Shown here in pieces: positions 37,908-47,336 of a DNA stretch of 64,000 bases. Position numbers and translations under genes: made by a program. Source of the DNA: a virus (lineage: Duplodnaviria; Heunggongvirae; Uroviricota; Caudoviricetes); the IMG/VR virus record IMGVR_UViG_3300001605_000025, positions 1-64,000 of that record, one strand, 5' to 3'. How positions within the stretch are numbered: the first letter of the stretch is position 1; every line of letters begins with the position of its first letter. The notes below the pieces were generated by a model. That model saw only the letters and a list, made by a program, of their open reading frames with translations, was not told where the DNA came from and did no database searches.

Positions 37908-39599
37908 ATGATAACAAGGTGGTCTAACGGTAAATTAGTTAGTACGACTGGATCAATATATGAGTGGGTTAGCGGTAGACCTGTAGTAGTTGTAATGTTG
38001 GAGCGGACAACTGTACAGAAGACATTAGTTTATGCGGTTCGTAGCACACCATCGATTACTAAAACGTTAACGTATACTATTAAGAAGTCGGTAAGCGTTC
38101 AGAAATCATTAGCATATGAGATTAGAAATACACAACCATTCATTGTAGAGAAGACATTAACGTATACTATCAGGACTATATTAACTGTACAGAAGACATT
38201 ATCTTATGCTATTAAAAAGTTGGTAAGTATACAAGACACGTTAGCTTATGTTATTAAGAATGTATATACTATCCAGAAGCCATTATCTTATGTAATCGGG
38301 ACTGTAGTTAGTATAACTAAAACGTTAAACTATTCAATTAAAAGTAACTCCAGTAAAACAGCTAGTTTAACATATGTTATTAGTAAAGTATCAACACTAA
38401 CAGAACCGTTAACATACTGTATTACTAGCAGACAAACTATTCAGATATCGTTAACGTACAATGTTCAGGTACCTTCCAGTCTAACAAAACTATTAACGTA
38501 TAGTATACTACGATCAGAAAGTATAACGAGAACATTAAGCTATACTGTTAAGTTTGTATCTAGTAAAACAATCAGTTTGACATATAGTATTACTGGAGGG
38601 TCGGCATTATCAGTTCCGTTAACGTACTACATTGCTACCGAGCAGGTTATTCAACTACCGTTAACGTATAGTATACAGTTTATTTCTAGTATAGTAGACA
38701 CGTTATCGTATAGTATAAAACGGGTAGAAGATATAACTAAGTCGTTAACCTATTCAATTACAGGTATTCCTACTAGGATACTAAGCTTAACGTATAGTAT
38801 CCACAGAGTATCAACGTTAACACACATACTAACGTATAACGTTCAGTTTACTGGCAGTAAGAATCTTGGATTAACATATATCATCGGTAACGTTCCAGTT
38901 ATACAGAAGACGTTAACATATGCTATCGGACTAACAAGTAGTCTGACAAAACAGTTAGATTATAGGATTAGAACGGTAGTGTTGAAAACACTTGAACAAG
39001 CCTATAGTATTAAATTTGTTCAATCTGTATCTAAGACCCTAACGTATGCTATTGAACGTTCAGAATCGTTGAGCATTTCATTAACCTATCGCATCAACGT
39101 TCCAACTAGTATCGCGAAATCATTAGACTACGTTATATTATCGATTACAAGTCCAACCATACAGAAGACGTTAACATACTATATTAAGAGTAGTAAGGTT
39201 GTACAGAAAACATTAACATACTGTATACCATTCAGTGTTCAGAAAACGTTAACGTTAGCGTATAGTATTGGAGTAGGTACAACAATAACTAAGTCACTGG
39301 ATTACATTATACAATCCAGTGTGGATATTCAGAGGACGTTAAGTTACGTGATTAGGGCAGCATTATCTAAAACGCTATCGTTGACATATTCTGTTCTCGG
39401 ATATGTTCCGTGGTATGAAGATATAACGTTAACGTCTTATATTATATTAGAACAAACATTTACATCTAGTATAGATATAACATATAGTATTGAATCGGAT
39501 GTCGATACCGAGTATCTGTTAGACTCTCAGATTACTAGTCTAGAGATATCACTGGAATCGATAGTAGCTATTGAATTAGAGACAGGAGGAACTATATGA
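37908..39599 (+). CDS. fibrous repeat protein (~34 x 15-aa repeats x-S/T-L-T/S-Y-x-I...)
   Basis: Visible periodic repetition of xTLTYxI throughout the protein. Confidence 0.5.
   Translation: MITRWSNGKLVSTTGSIYEWVSGRPVVVVMLERTTVQKTLVYAVRSTPSITKTLTYTIKKSVSVQKSLAYEIRNTQPFIVEKTLTYTIRTILTVQKTLSYAIKKLVSIQDTLAYVIKNVYTIQKPLSYVIGTVVSITKTLNYSIKSNSSKTASLTYVISKVSTLTEPLTYCITSRQTIQISLTYNVQVPSSLTKLLTYSILRSESITRTLSYTVKFVSSKTISLTYSITGGSALSVPLTYYIATEQVIQLPLTYSIQFISSIVDTLSYSIKRVEDITKSLTYSITGIPTRILSLTYSIHRVSTLTHILTYNVQFTGSKNLGLTYIIGNVPVIQKTLTYAIGLTSSLTKQLDYRIRTVVLKTLEQAYSIKFVQSVSKTLTYAIERSESLSISLTYRINVPTSIAKSLDYVILSITSPTIQKTLTYYIKSSKVVQKTLTYCIPFSVQKTLTLAYSIGVGTTITKSLDYIIQSSVDIQRTLSYVIRAALSKTLSLTYSVLGYVPWYEDITLTSYIILEQTFTSSIDITYSIESDVDTEYLLDSQITSLEISLESIVAIELETGGTI
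37980..39500 (+). repeat. 45-bp periodic coding tandem repeat
   Basis: Degenerate repeats such as aagacattaacgtatactat... Confidence 0.6.
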
Positions 39600-39892
39600 C
39601 CGATGAAAGAATTTACGAAGGAGATGTTGGAGTTCGATTCTTGGTATCAACTGGAATTGATCTCACGACTACAACTGTTACTCAGTTGAAAGTAACGAAA
39701 GGTGACTTATCAACAGCAACTTGGAATGCATCCGTTAACATTGACGATAATACAGTTATGGAGTATATATCTGTTGATGGTGATTTAGATGTTTCAGGAA
39801 AGTACAAGTTATACGCTTACGTAGAATTTACTACCGACTCGAAACATTCGGGACGTGTTGCAACATTCACCGTGTACGATGTATTTAAATAG
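39596..39892 (+). CDS. hypothetical protein
   Basis: 98 aa. Confidence 0.35.
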   Translation: MTDERIYEGDVGVRFLVSTGIDLTTTTVTQLKVTKGDLSTATWNASVNIDDNTVMEYISVDGDLDVSGKYKLYAYVEFTTDSKHSGRVATFTVYDVFK

Positions 39893-39924
39893 TTTCAGGG
39901 TGATGATCTGAACGGTGTTCAGTG

Positions 39925-39938
39925 AACCTATGCGCATA
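39925..39938. promoter_or_regulatory. perfect 14-bp palindrome CCTATGCGCATAGG
   Basis: Located 20 nt upstream of the 39958 gene. Confidence 0.25.
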
Positions 39939-39957
39939 GGACTAAAGGAGAATATGT

Positions 39958-40908
39958 ATGGATGTATCTTTGATTCAACCAATGGTGATGCCGATTGTAG
40001 TCGCTGCGTTCGGTATCTTTGCCGGTTTCATGTTCATATACCGGAATATGACTACGGGAGATCAGTTTTCGTTTGAGAAGTTCCTCCCTACTATGGGAGT
40101 TGGTGCTATCGCAGCACTTTTCCTGTATGCGACAGGTGGAGTATTTCCGGGTATCGATGAAGTGTTCGCTGAACTGATTATTCTTGCACCTGGTGGTGTA
40201 CCAGCAGTTGCTGCTATCTTTGCAGCTGTACTCGCGATACTGAATGGATTCGCATCGACTAAGCCTATTGTTACTGGGAAGGCTACTGTAAAACAGTCTC
40301 TGGTGGGTGTTAGGCCACTTATGTCAACCCCGACAACTGTTCCAGCTAGTAACGTTGATAGTGGTGGTATTGTAGGTACCCGCATTAAGATGGGTGACGG
40401 ACGGTATGCAATCGTTAACGGTGATGGAACGTTCACATTTGATGATGGATCGATTATCAAGTGTGACGGTACTATTGTTAAGCCTGCTGATCCTGTTCCC
40501 GTTCCGGTTCCAGATCCGACAACTGCCCCTGGGTATACGGAAGTTGGTAGTGATAATATGCCTGACAATTACGTTCCGTGGTCAGCACCCGGATTTACGG
40601 TAATGCCACCCTTTAATAAGATTAAGTCTGGTGAGACTGTTAATCTTCAGGTGTACGTCGGAATGAATAAGGATAAGAAGACTTATCCAGCACTCCAGGT
40701 ACTTTGGGGAGACGGAACTGCATTGCAGGTTGTTCCAGTTGTGAACGGACTTGCTACTGCTTCACACAGTTATACGTATGTTAAGGGAGCAGCAAAGTAT
40801 TCAGGTCGGTCGTTCTATCCTACATTTATCGTGATAGAGAACGATGGAACGGTAACGAACTTTAACACAGTACGAAAGTGTTGTGAAGTTGAAGTTCAAT
40901 CTATCTAA
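39958..40908 (+). CDS. membrane protein with PVPVPVPDP linker and PKD-like C-domain
   Basis: Three N-terminal hydrophobic helices and a WGDGT...HSYTY segment. Confidence 0.45.
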   Translation: MDVSLIQPMVMPIVVAAFGIFAGFMFIYRNMTTGDQFSFEKFLPTMGVGAIAALFLYATGGVFPGIDEVFAELIILAPGGVPAVAAIFAAVLAILNGFASTKPIVTGKATVKQSLVGVRPLMSTPTTVPASNVDSGGIVGTRIKMGDGRYAIVNGDGTFTFDDGSIIKCDGTIVKPADPVPVPVPDPTTAPGYTEVGSDNMPDNYVPWSAPGFTVMPPFNKIKSGETVNLQVYVGMNKDKKTYPALQVLWGDGTALQVVPVVNGLATASHSYTYVKGAAKYSGRSFYPTFIVIENDGTVTNFNTVRKCCEVEVQSI

Positions 40909-40975
40909 ACCTTTTTTAGATCCAGTTCTTTATAACAGGGAAAGGCAAACCCTTTTATAAAGGAGAGAATTCTGA

Positions 40976-41293
40976 ATGCAGACCATTAGAGTGGCACAAA
41001 ATGATGTCTATAACATTAGTTATACGTTAACTAATCCAACGATTAACTTGTGGACCGCTGCTACACCTGCGACACCAAGTGTTGATCTAGACATTATTGA
41101 TATAGATACGAAAGAAGTATTGACAACGATTCCGTGTACGGTTACTGCACCGACAACTGGAGTTATTCGGTTTAGTACTGAGGACTTTGCATCACTGGAT
41201 AAAAAGATGTATCTTGCACAGTTCCGGATAATGATAGGAACGACATTACAGTCGATACCTAAGGATTCCGAACAAGCAGTGTGGGTTTACTAA
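40976..41293 (+). CDS. hypothetical protein
   Basis: 105 aa. Confidence 0.35.
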   Translation: MQTIRVAQNDVYNISYTLTNPTINLWTAATPATPSVDLDIIDIDTKEVLTTIPCTVTAPTTGVIRFSTEDFASLDKKMYLAQFRIMIGTTLQSIPKDSEQAVWVY

Positions 41294-41649
41294 GGGTGGT
41301 CGAAATTGATAACGAAGATCAACATGGAGTGGTAGATTATAGGAATCGATGTATTGACGATCATGAAATGCGTCTACGTCATCTTGAGGCGAATAATAAA
41401 GAACAGGCGAAACTATTCGTCATGTCTGAAAAACTTGAAAACCAAATTCAAGCACTTGATGATAAAACCGATGTTCGATTTAAGAACTTAGAGAAGTGGA
41501 TGGATTCACAAATTGCTATTATTGCAGTTGAACGTGCTACTCAGAAAGAACGTGTAGAGGAAGTTAAAGATACTAAAAAAGATCTGTTTGGGATTATAGC
41601 ACTTGTTATATCATGTATCGTGCTTATACTAAACATACTGAAGGGTTGA
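41281..41649 (+). CDS. coiled-coil protein with C-terminal TM anchor
   Basis: C-terminus LFGIIALVISCIVLILNIL. Confidence 0.35.
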   Translation: MGLLRVVEIDNEDQHGVVDYRNRCIDDHEMRLRHLEANNKEQAKLFVMSEKLENQIQALDDKTDVRFKNLEKWMDSQIAIIAVERATQKERVEEVKDTKKDLFGIIALVISCIVLILNILKG

Positions 41650-42023
41650 TGCCTACTATGGTTGCACACAACGAGAACAATGGTATTGTTACCCATTGTA
41701 AACAGGAAACTACTATTGATAGACTAGTAGCGAAACAAGATAAGTATGAAGAACTAATAGCACAACTGATCACTAATGGAAGTAAAATAGATATGTTATC
41801 AGAGAGTATAGGTGAACTGAAAGATTCATTTAGTGTGATAACAAAGTGTTTACACACAATACAAATAACACAAGCTACATTACCATCGCAAACTGAAATT
41901 TCAACAATGAAGGAGGATTTGGTCCGGCATCGGACATGGTTTCAAATCCTTGGGGCTGCTACTGGGATCTTGGCTACACTTACTATTGCGTTGATAATGT
42001 TTATAGTAAATAAGATACTCTAG
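41649..42023 (+). CDS. coiled-coil protein with C-terminal TM anchor
   Basis: The ATG overlaps the upstream stop. C-terminus ILGAATGILATLTIALIMFIV. Confidence 0.35.
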   Translation: MPTMVAHNENNGIVTHCKQETTIDRLVAKQDKYEELIAQLITNGSKIDMLSESIGELKDSFSVITKCLHTIQITQATLPSQTEISTMKEDLVRHRTWFQILGAATGILATLTIALIMFIVNKIL

Positions 42024-42508
42024 CGGTTCATTTCTTTACGGAAATTAGTGATGTGGACATCGAGCTGGAACATTGGGTTGATTGTAACAATTTTCTCTAC
42101 AACCTCCTTCGCTGACTCTCTAACCGTTATCAAATCGTATTGTGCAGCTATAATTGCTAAATTCAGTTGATACATATATCTCGATAACATTACTGTCTTT
42201 TTAGTAACCTCATATTCATTTAGTATATCGGTACGTTTTGCAATTGAATTTTCTAATCGTTGTCTCAAATACGTCAGTCGAGTCTCCAGTCGTAAGATCT
42301 CTTCACGTGTTGTATTAATCACATCATCATTTATCTTTAGCCGCATCTCAACAGCGATATCTGCAAACTCATCTGAATCAATAATATCTAACGCTTTAGT
42401 AGTAATATTAGATAGATCTAGTCCCATATTCTTAATTCGTTCAACTTTCTCTCTATCAACATATACCGATGTTGTTCCCTTTCGCACCATTAGAATCCTC
42501 CTCAACAA
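42020..42508 (-). CDS. hypothetical protein (possible RHH-like N-terminus + coiled-coil)
   Basis: 162 aa. Confidence 0.35.
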   Translation of the reverse strand: MLRRILMVRKGTTSVYVDREKVERIKNMGLDLSNITTKALDIIDSDEFADIAVEMRLKINDDVINTTREEILRLETRLTYLRQRLENSIAKRTDILNEYEVTKKTVMLSRYMYQLNLAIIAAQYDLITVRESAKEVVEKIVTINPMFQLDVHITNFRKEMNR

Positions 42509-42592
42509 TGACTACCATAGCACAATAGCTGCTCCGAATCATCCAGATATGTGTTCACAGCGTGTATTCGATAGCACCTACCGTAATACGTC

Positions 42593-43699
42593 CTACTTCA
42601 ACTTAACCAGATCACCGGCTAGTGTTTCTATCAGTCTATACTTAATCATATCAGCTAACTTCTCGTATACCTGTTTAGCATTCCAACCTACCATTGAACA
42701 TTCCTTAACGATATCACGTCTTGCACATGTTCCGCCGTGTAACGTAACGATGCGTCTAATCTGAACAAAGTCTAGGTTATTCGCTATGTCATCTCTCCAC
42801 ATCTTTTCATTTTGTAACAACGTTACTAGATCTGGATCCGTAACATCAAGATGCATAACAGGTTCGATCTCACGTTTCATCAGATGGTATCCAAGAATTA
42901 ACCGATTGAAGTAACTCGATTCAAAACTATATATATCCATCTCATGGTACAACTTCAGTATTGAGTCGTCAAATTCGATCTTGTTAATCGTATCCATCTG
43001 GTGTACTTGATCGTCGATGTTACTCCACAACACAGACATAGCTTGTGGATTCGGTCTTACATTTTGTGTCCGATGCATGATATCCATCAACGCTATATTA
43101 TCAGCATACGTAGGTAGGAATACCATAAAGATCAGTCTACGCCCTAACCCAGAACTAAGATCATAACTTCCAGGCTGAATTCCAGCCCACATCGATAGAT
43201 TCGTCTGATAGGCTATAGCTCCAGACGATAATCGTTTGAACACTCGTCCGTGATCTAACGCTGCTAACAGTTGTGTTTCCATCTGACTATTCATCTGATT
43301 CTTTAAGGCATCAGATATCGCTTTAAACTCATCAATTAACAACAGTCCATCTTTATTCAGTTCTGCAGCTCCAGGATTATTAATGCCTAAACCGTTAACC
43401 GACACGACAGTTCCAACAAAACCGGCTTCAGTCATTGACTGTTCACTAGCAATCTGGATCTCCGTCCCGTGAAAGATACCATGTGGATCAGCAGCCATAG
43501 TCTGGAGATAGTAAGTCTTCATAAACCCAGGTGGAGCTACAAATAGTAAGTGGCATCGCATATTCGGTAACTGCTTACCAGCATAGTATATCTCCCGTTT
43601 CTGGTTCATCAGATTGAACGCATGAACAGCATAGCTACAGGTAAAGTATGGAGCGTAGATCTCCCGTTTGTAAGCTTGCCGATCAGCAAGTTCACTCAT
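42593..43699 (-). CDS. AAA+ ATPase, clamp-loader(RFC/gp44)-like with degenerate P-loop
   Basis: LLFVAPPGFMKT in place of GPPGxGKT, and Walker B LLLIDEF. Confidence 0.4.
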   Translation of the reverse strand: MSELADRQAYKREIYAPYFTCSYAVHAFNLMNQKREIYYAGKQLPNMRCHLLFVAPPGFMKTYYLQTMAADPHGIFHGTEIQIASEQSMTEAGFVGTVVSVNGLGINNPGAAELNKDGLLLIDEFKAISDALKNQMNSQMETQLLAALDHGRVFKRLSSGAIAYQTNLSMWAGIQPGSYDLSSGLGRRLIFMVFLPTYADNIALMDIMHRTQNVRPNPQAMSVLWSNIDDQVHQMDTINKIEFDDSILKLYHEMDIYSFESSYFNRLILGYHLMKREIEPVMHLDVTDPDLVTLLQNEKMWRDDIANNLDFVQIRRIVTLHGGTCARRDIVKECSMVGWNAKQVYEKLADMIKYRLIETLAGDLVKLK

Positions 43700-43722
43700 G
43701 ATCTGATCGTAAATTGATTTCG

Positions 43723-44355
43723 TTAGAATCTCTCCTTTAACGTTCTTCTTATCTGAATTGATTTCGCTGGACCAATTCCACGAACTCTCTGTAAATCTTT
43801 ATCTGGAACGTTTGCGATATTTGTTAAACAATTATGAGTCATCATTAATTGTGTCAGTTGTGCTGTTGAGATTCCAAGTAAACGTGCTGCCAGTATCGTG
43901 CGATCTCTTCTAACGGGAACATTATACTTTCCCTCATCAACTTTCTTCATGAACTTAACTAACGTGATCATACCTTCCCATTCGTTCTCTACCCATAACG
44001 GTTGAATACCGTACCGGCAGGCTATCGATGCGATCTCTCCGAAGAGAATATCTGGATCGATTGTTATCCCGATATCTCGCATATTCTTAACGTAAGGTGC
44101 TATAGCGCCTGTGATAAGCAGAATCTGGACTTTATCTTGGTGGACAGATATTCGTTCAATCTGATCGTGTATTCTACGATTAGGGCCTGTGATACTTCCA
44201 TACAAGTCTGCAATTGTCTTACGTTCAGCCAAACACCGTTCCGATTGGTAATCTCCTTCGTCTAGTTTAATCCTCCTGAACTTCATTTCCGGGAACTTCT
44301 TAGTTAAAAAGTCATAGTACTTTGGTGGCTCTCTTGTATCTACGTCGACTGGCAT
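43723..44355 (-). CDS. ERCC4/XPF-Mus81-Hef-type nuclease with C-terminal HhH2
   Basis: DTRE...GDYQSERCLAERKTIADL ERCC4 motif and GIGPAKSIQI HhH. Confidence 0.6.
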   Translation of the reverse strand: MPVDVDTREPPKYYDFLTKKFPEMKFRRIKLDEGDYQSERCLAERKTIADLYGSITGPNRRIHDQIERISVHQDKVQILLITGAIAPYVKNMRDIGITIDPDILFGEIASIACRYGIQPLWVENEWEGMITLVKFMKKVDEGKYNVPVRRDRTILAARLLGISTAQLTQLMMTHNCLTNIANVPDKDLQRVRGIGPAKSIQIRRTLKERF

Positions 44356-44594
44356 GGTATCGTTCCGCCTATCATTAGTTCCTCGTCACACCGTTTACAT
44401 CTACAGAGTACCTCGTAACGTACGGCTCCAACAATAACCTTCTTTAAAACAAAATCTGTAGGGTCCTCAGACCATATGCTAATTGGTTTCTCCATTATAT
44501 CACGATGAACTGTAACATCTAGAACGACCAGTTGATCAGCTGGATGTTTACAGTTTACTGCAGGATCTATTCCAACTATACTAGTTTCAGGCAC
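44340..44594 (-). CDS. Cys-containing hypothetical protein
   Basis: 84 aa. Confidence 0.35.
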   Translation of the reverse strand: MPETSIVGIDPAVNCKHPADQLVVLDVTVHRDIMEKPISIWSEDPTDFVLKKVIVGAVRYEVLCRCKRCDEELMIGGTIPCQST

Positions 44595-44595
44595 G

Positions 44596-44811
44596 TTATC
44601 CCTCTCGGAAAACTTTTCGTTCTATCATCATTCGAATAGCTTCTAGTGCTGGAGATATCTCTACCCAGTCTCCAGAAAAATAGCTGGTTGGTAAGTTTGC
44701 TTTATCGCAATATGAATCAAACAGTTCAGACTTCTGCATCCATTCATGTTCTGTGTCCAGAAGCTCTAAAAATTGGACTAACGTTAGATTAGTTTCTTTC
44801 CCTTCCGACAT
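44596..44811 (-). CDS. hypothetical protein
   Basis: 71 aa. Confidence 0.35.
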   Translation of the reverse strand: MSEGKETNLTLVQFLELLDTEHEWMQKSELFDSYCDKANLPTSYFSGDWVEISPALEAIRMMIERKVFREG

Positions 44812-45563
44812 ACCGACACCACGTCATGCTGATGAATTGATTCCTGATGTGTACAGACGACTACCCAATCTTCCATCCATCCATCGATCGTTGCACCGAT
44901 CACTCTTGAAGCATCCTCGACAAACAGATTCGTTCGGGCGGCTCGCTGACACCAATCTAGTTCGTCCGGTCTCTTCATCAACGGTATAGGAACAATGTCT
45001 ACCACTTCGATGATCCGTGCTACAATTGATGTCATTAGATCGTCCAGGTCCTCCTTCGGCGATAACAATCCAGTTACCTGTGCTAAAGCTCGCTGCATAT
45101 GAGGAACCCCTCCTTCTTGTTTCACCATTCTCATGGCACATGGGCACACACTCGCATACGGAACTTTCATAGTCAGATACCAATCTTCTTTATCGGGTAC
45201 ACGGACACCTTCTAACATACTATCTATAAAGATCAATTGTTCGTTCTCCATCTCATATGCTGCTGTCCAATTACATTCCCAGTAACTGTTAGTCGTTTCA
45301 TGTCCTTCAGCTAACGTTTCTAATAATTCTGAGTTCATATAAATCGGATCGTCCTCGTAATCTGTTAACGCATCAACTAATCGTGACATATGAACACCAG
45401 TCCGATCGATCAGATCAACATAAGCAGACTGACTTGTTAACGTTCGTCGTCCGCTAAAGTCTTGCATAAACTGTTTGAATCCTTTAATACCAACTTTCTC
45501 TAGTGGCATACCACCAGACGGACCTTCAGCATAGTCAGGTAACAATCGTACACATGAATCCAT
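44784..45563 (-). CDS. folE2: GTP cyclohydrolase FolE2/MptA-like
   Basis: N-terminal LPDYAEGPSGGMPLEKVGIKGFK resembles the FolE2 LPDVQ...VGIKxL block. The start was trimmed to the ATG with SD AAGGAG. Confidence 0.5.
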   Translation of the reverse strand: MDSCVRLLPDYAEGPSGGMPLEKVGIKGFKQFMQDFSGRRTLTSQSAYVDLIDRTGVHMSRLVDALTDYEDDPIYMNSELLETLAEGHETTNSYWECNWTAAYEMENEQLIFIDSMLEGVRVPDKEDWYLTMKVPYASVCPCAMRMVKQEGGVPHMQRALAQVTGLLSPKEDLDDLMTSIVARIIEVVDIVPIPLMKRPDELDWCQRAARTNLFVEDASRVIGATIDGWMEDWVVVCTHQESIHQHDVVSVCRKGKKLI

Positions 45564-45564
45564 A

Positions 45565-45738
45565 CTACTGCTCCTTTGGGTTCTTCCAGTTACCAAATAC
45601 AGTCTCAAGAACAGCTGCTGAATATGGATGTGTATTACATGAATTATGAAGTAGCTGTTGGTCACAGCTTATAGCTCGTAACGCCTCTCCAATTGCATCT
45701 ACTTTCTGTTCAAGTCTTTTAAAGTCTTTAGTAGTCAT
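45565..45738 (-). CDS. small hypothetical protein (57 aa)
   Basis: The ATG overlaps the QueE stop (TAATG). Approximate. Confidence 0.3.
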   Translation of the reverse strand: MTTKDFKRLEQKVDAIGEALRAISCDQQLLHNSCNTHPYSAAVLETVFGNWKNPKEQ

Positions 45739-46385
45739 TATCTCACCTTATACAGTACATGAAGTCTCGGGCTTACGGCTCCGTTAACTCCATATTCATC
45801 CATCATACGAATAATCTCACGAACCATTCTATTATGTTCCGTTATCATCGTATCGTCCTGGGGAGTCATCGGCATAAAGTACATTCTCACTTCAGAGTGT
45901 TCAGTTGCCCATTTCATCCACCATCTAATATTCTCATACCTAATAACTGGTTTAATAACTACATCTACTTCACAAATGTTAGTCCACAACGTTAATAGAT
46001 CGGTCAGTCCAGAAGTAGGTAGTTCACTATCTTTCGGACTAACAACTACCAGATCGAACGCAGCAACACCAAACGGTATCGTTCCATTCGTTTCGATAGC
46101 ATGTGTCATACCTAACGATTCAACTGAAGCGATCGTATCCTTTATCTCATCAACCTGGAGTCCAGGTTCTCCACCAGTCCAGACAACGTTCCTCACTCCT
46201 TTCTTATATGCTTTAGTAATCAGGCTTTTTAGTTCAGTCCGACTAACATTAATATACAGTGTTGCGTATTTCGTATCACAAAAAGGACAATGAAGATTAC
46301 AGCCCGATAGTCTTATAAACAACGACCGTACTCCAGCTTGTGGACCTTCACCCTGAATCGATATAAACGTTTCGTTTAGTCTCAT
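45738..46385 (-). CDS. queE: 7-carboxy-7-deazaguanine synthase (radical SAM)
   Basis: FISIQGEGPQAGVRSLFIRLSGCNLHCPFCDTKY. Confidence 0.8.
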   Translation of the reverse strand: MRLNETFISIQGEGPQAGVRSLFIRLSGCNLHCPFCDTKYATLYINVSRTELKSLITKAYKKGVRNVVWTGGEPGLQVDEIKDTIASVESLGMTHAIETNGTIPFGVAAFDLVVVSPKDSELPTSGLTDLLTLWTNICEVDVVIKPVIRYENIRWWMKWATEHSEVRMYFMPMTPQDDTMITEHNRMVREIIRMMDEYGVNGAVSPRLHVLYKVR

Positions 46386-46816
46386 TGTAACCCTCTCTCA
46401 GGAGTCCACGTGACGGTAGCCTTACTAACATCATTCTCCCATACCGTCACACTAACCATTGTTAGTGGTCCAAGTTTCCAGTTGTACACATCCATCACAC
46501 TATTACAAAGTAACGTTGCAATATTTTCGCATGTTGGATTCTCTCTCGTTGGATATACTAGTTGATTACACGATCTAAGTATCTGAACTAACGGATCAGA
46601 TTCTTTCAGTATCACTTTATGATCCATACCATCCGTTAGTCTTTTAAGTACCGTAAAGTTCTCGAGGTACCCAACAGAGTTAACTTTGTCACCCTGTAAG
46701 ACAAAATCTACTTTCCAATTATGCCCATGTAAGAATCCACATTTCGAATCATCACCATACTGTCTATGTGCAGCTTCAAAATCGACAGACGTCTGTATCG
46801 TAACCATGATGTTCAC
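46382..46816 (-). CDS. queD: 6-carboxy-5,6,7,8-tetrahydropterin synthase
   Basis: CGFLHGHNWKV motif, 144 aa, ATGA overlap with queE. Confidence 0.75.
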   Translation of the reverse strand: MNIMVTIQTSVDFEAAHRQYGDDSKCGFLHGHNWKVDFVLQGDKVNSVGYLENFTVLKRLTDGMDHKVILKESDPLVQILRSCNQLVYPTRENPTCENIATLLCNSVMDVYNWKLGPLTMVSVTVWENDVSKATVTWTPERGLQ

Positions 46817-46825
46817 CTAAAAATT

Positions 46826-46992
46826 TAGTGCCTGGTAACTACAGGTACTTGTTCACACTGTCTAACGATAGTCCCATTAGTTCCAGTTTTCTTATAATCA
46901 GTGCAATACATTTGAGGTCCATGTAACACTTTGAGTGCTGCTGGACATTTTCTAGCTCTCGATACGTTGACACATTTAACAATTTCTTTCAT
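46826..46992 (-). CDS. small Cys-rich protein
   Basis: Hand-found ORF (MKEIVKCVNVSRARKCPAALKVLHGPQMYCTDYKK...). Approximate. Confidence 0.25.
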
Positions 46993-47219
46993 TTGACCGC
47001 CCTTAATAACGCTGATTCAGTCGATAACTGTTCATCATCAGGATATAGTTCCTCAAACATTGCTAACGATTCTTCAAATTGTTCCGTTGACATCTCTTTA
47101 TGATGTTTCACGTTCTGTTCTATCGTACCACAAATCTTTCGTGCAGCAATATCAGACTTTCCACGTTTCCGTTGTGCCGTCACACATGCTGCAAAATCTG
47201 GATATGGACCGATTGGCAT
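46989..47219 (-). CDS. hypothetical protein
   Basis: 76 aa. Confidence 0.35.
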   Translation of the reverse strand: MPIGPYPDFAACVTAQRKRGKSDIAARKICGTIEQNVKHHKEMSTEQFEESLAMFEELYPDDEQLSTESALLRAVK

Positions 47220-47336
47220 AACTAATCATCTTCCTGTAGTTCTCTTTTGATCACAGTACATGCTGCGGTAATTGCACTACAGTAGACCTTACTCTCGGTT
47301 CTGTTCGATCCACCGTACCTACATTCATCTTTAATC

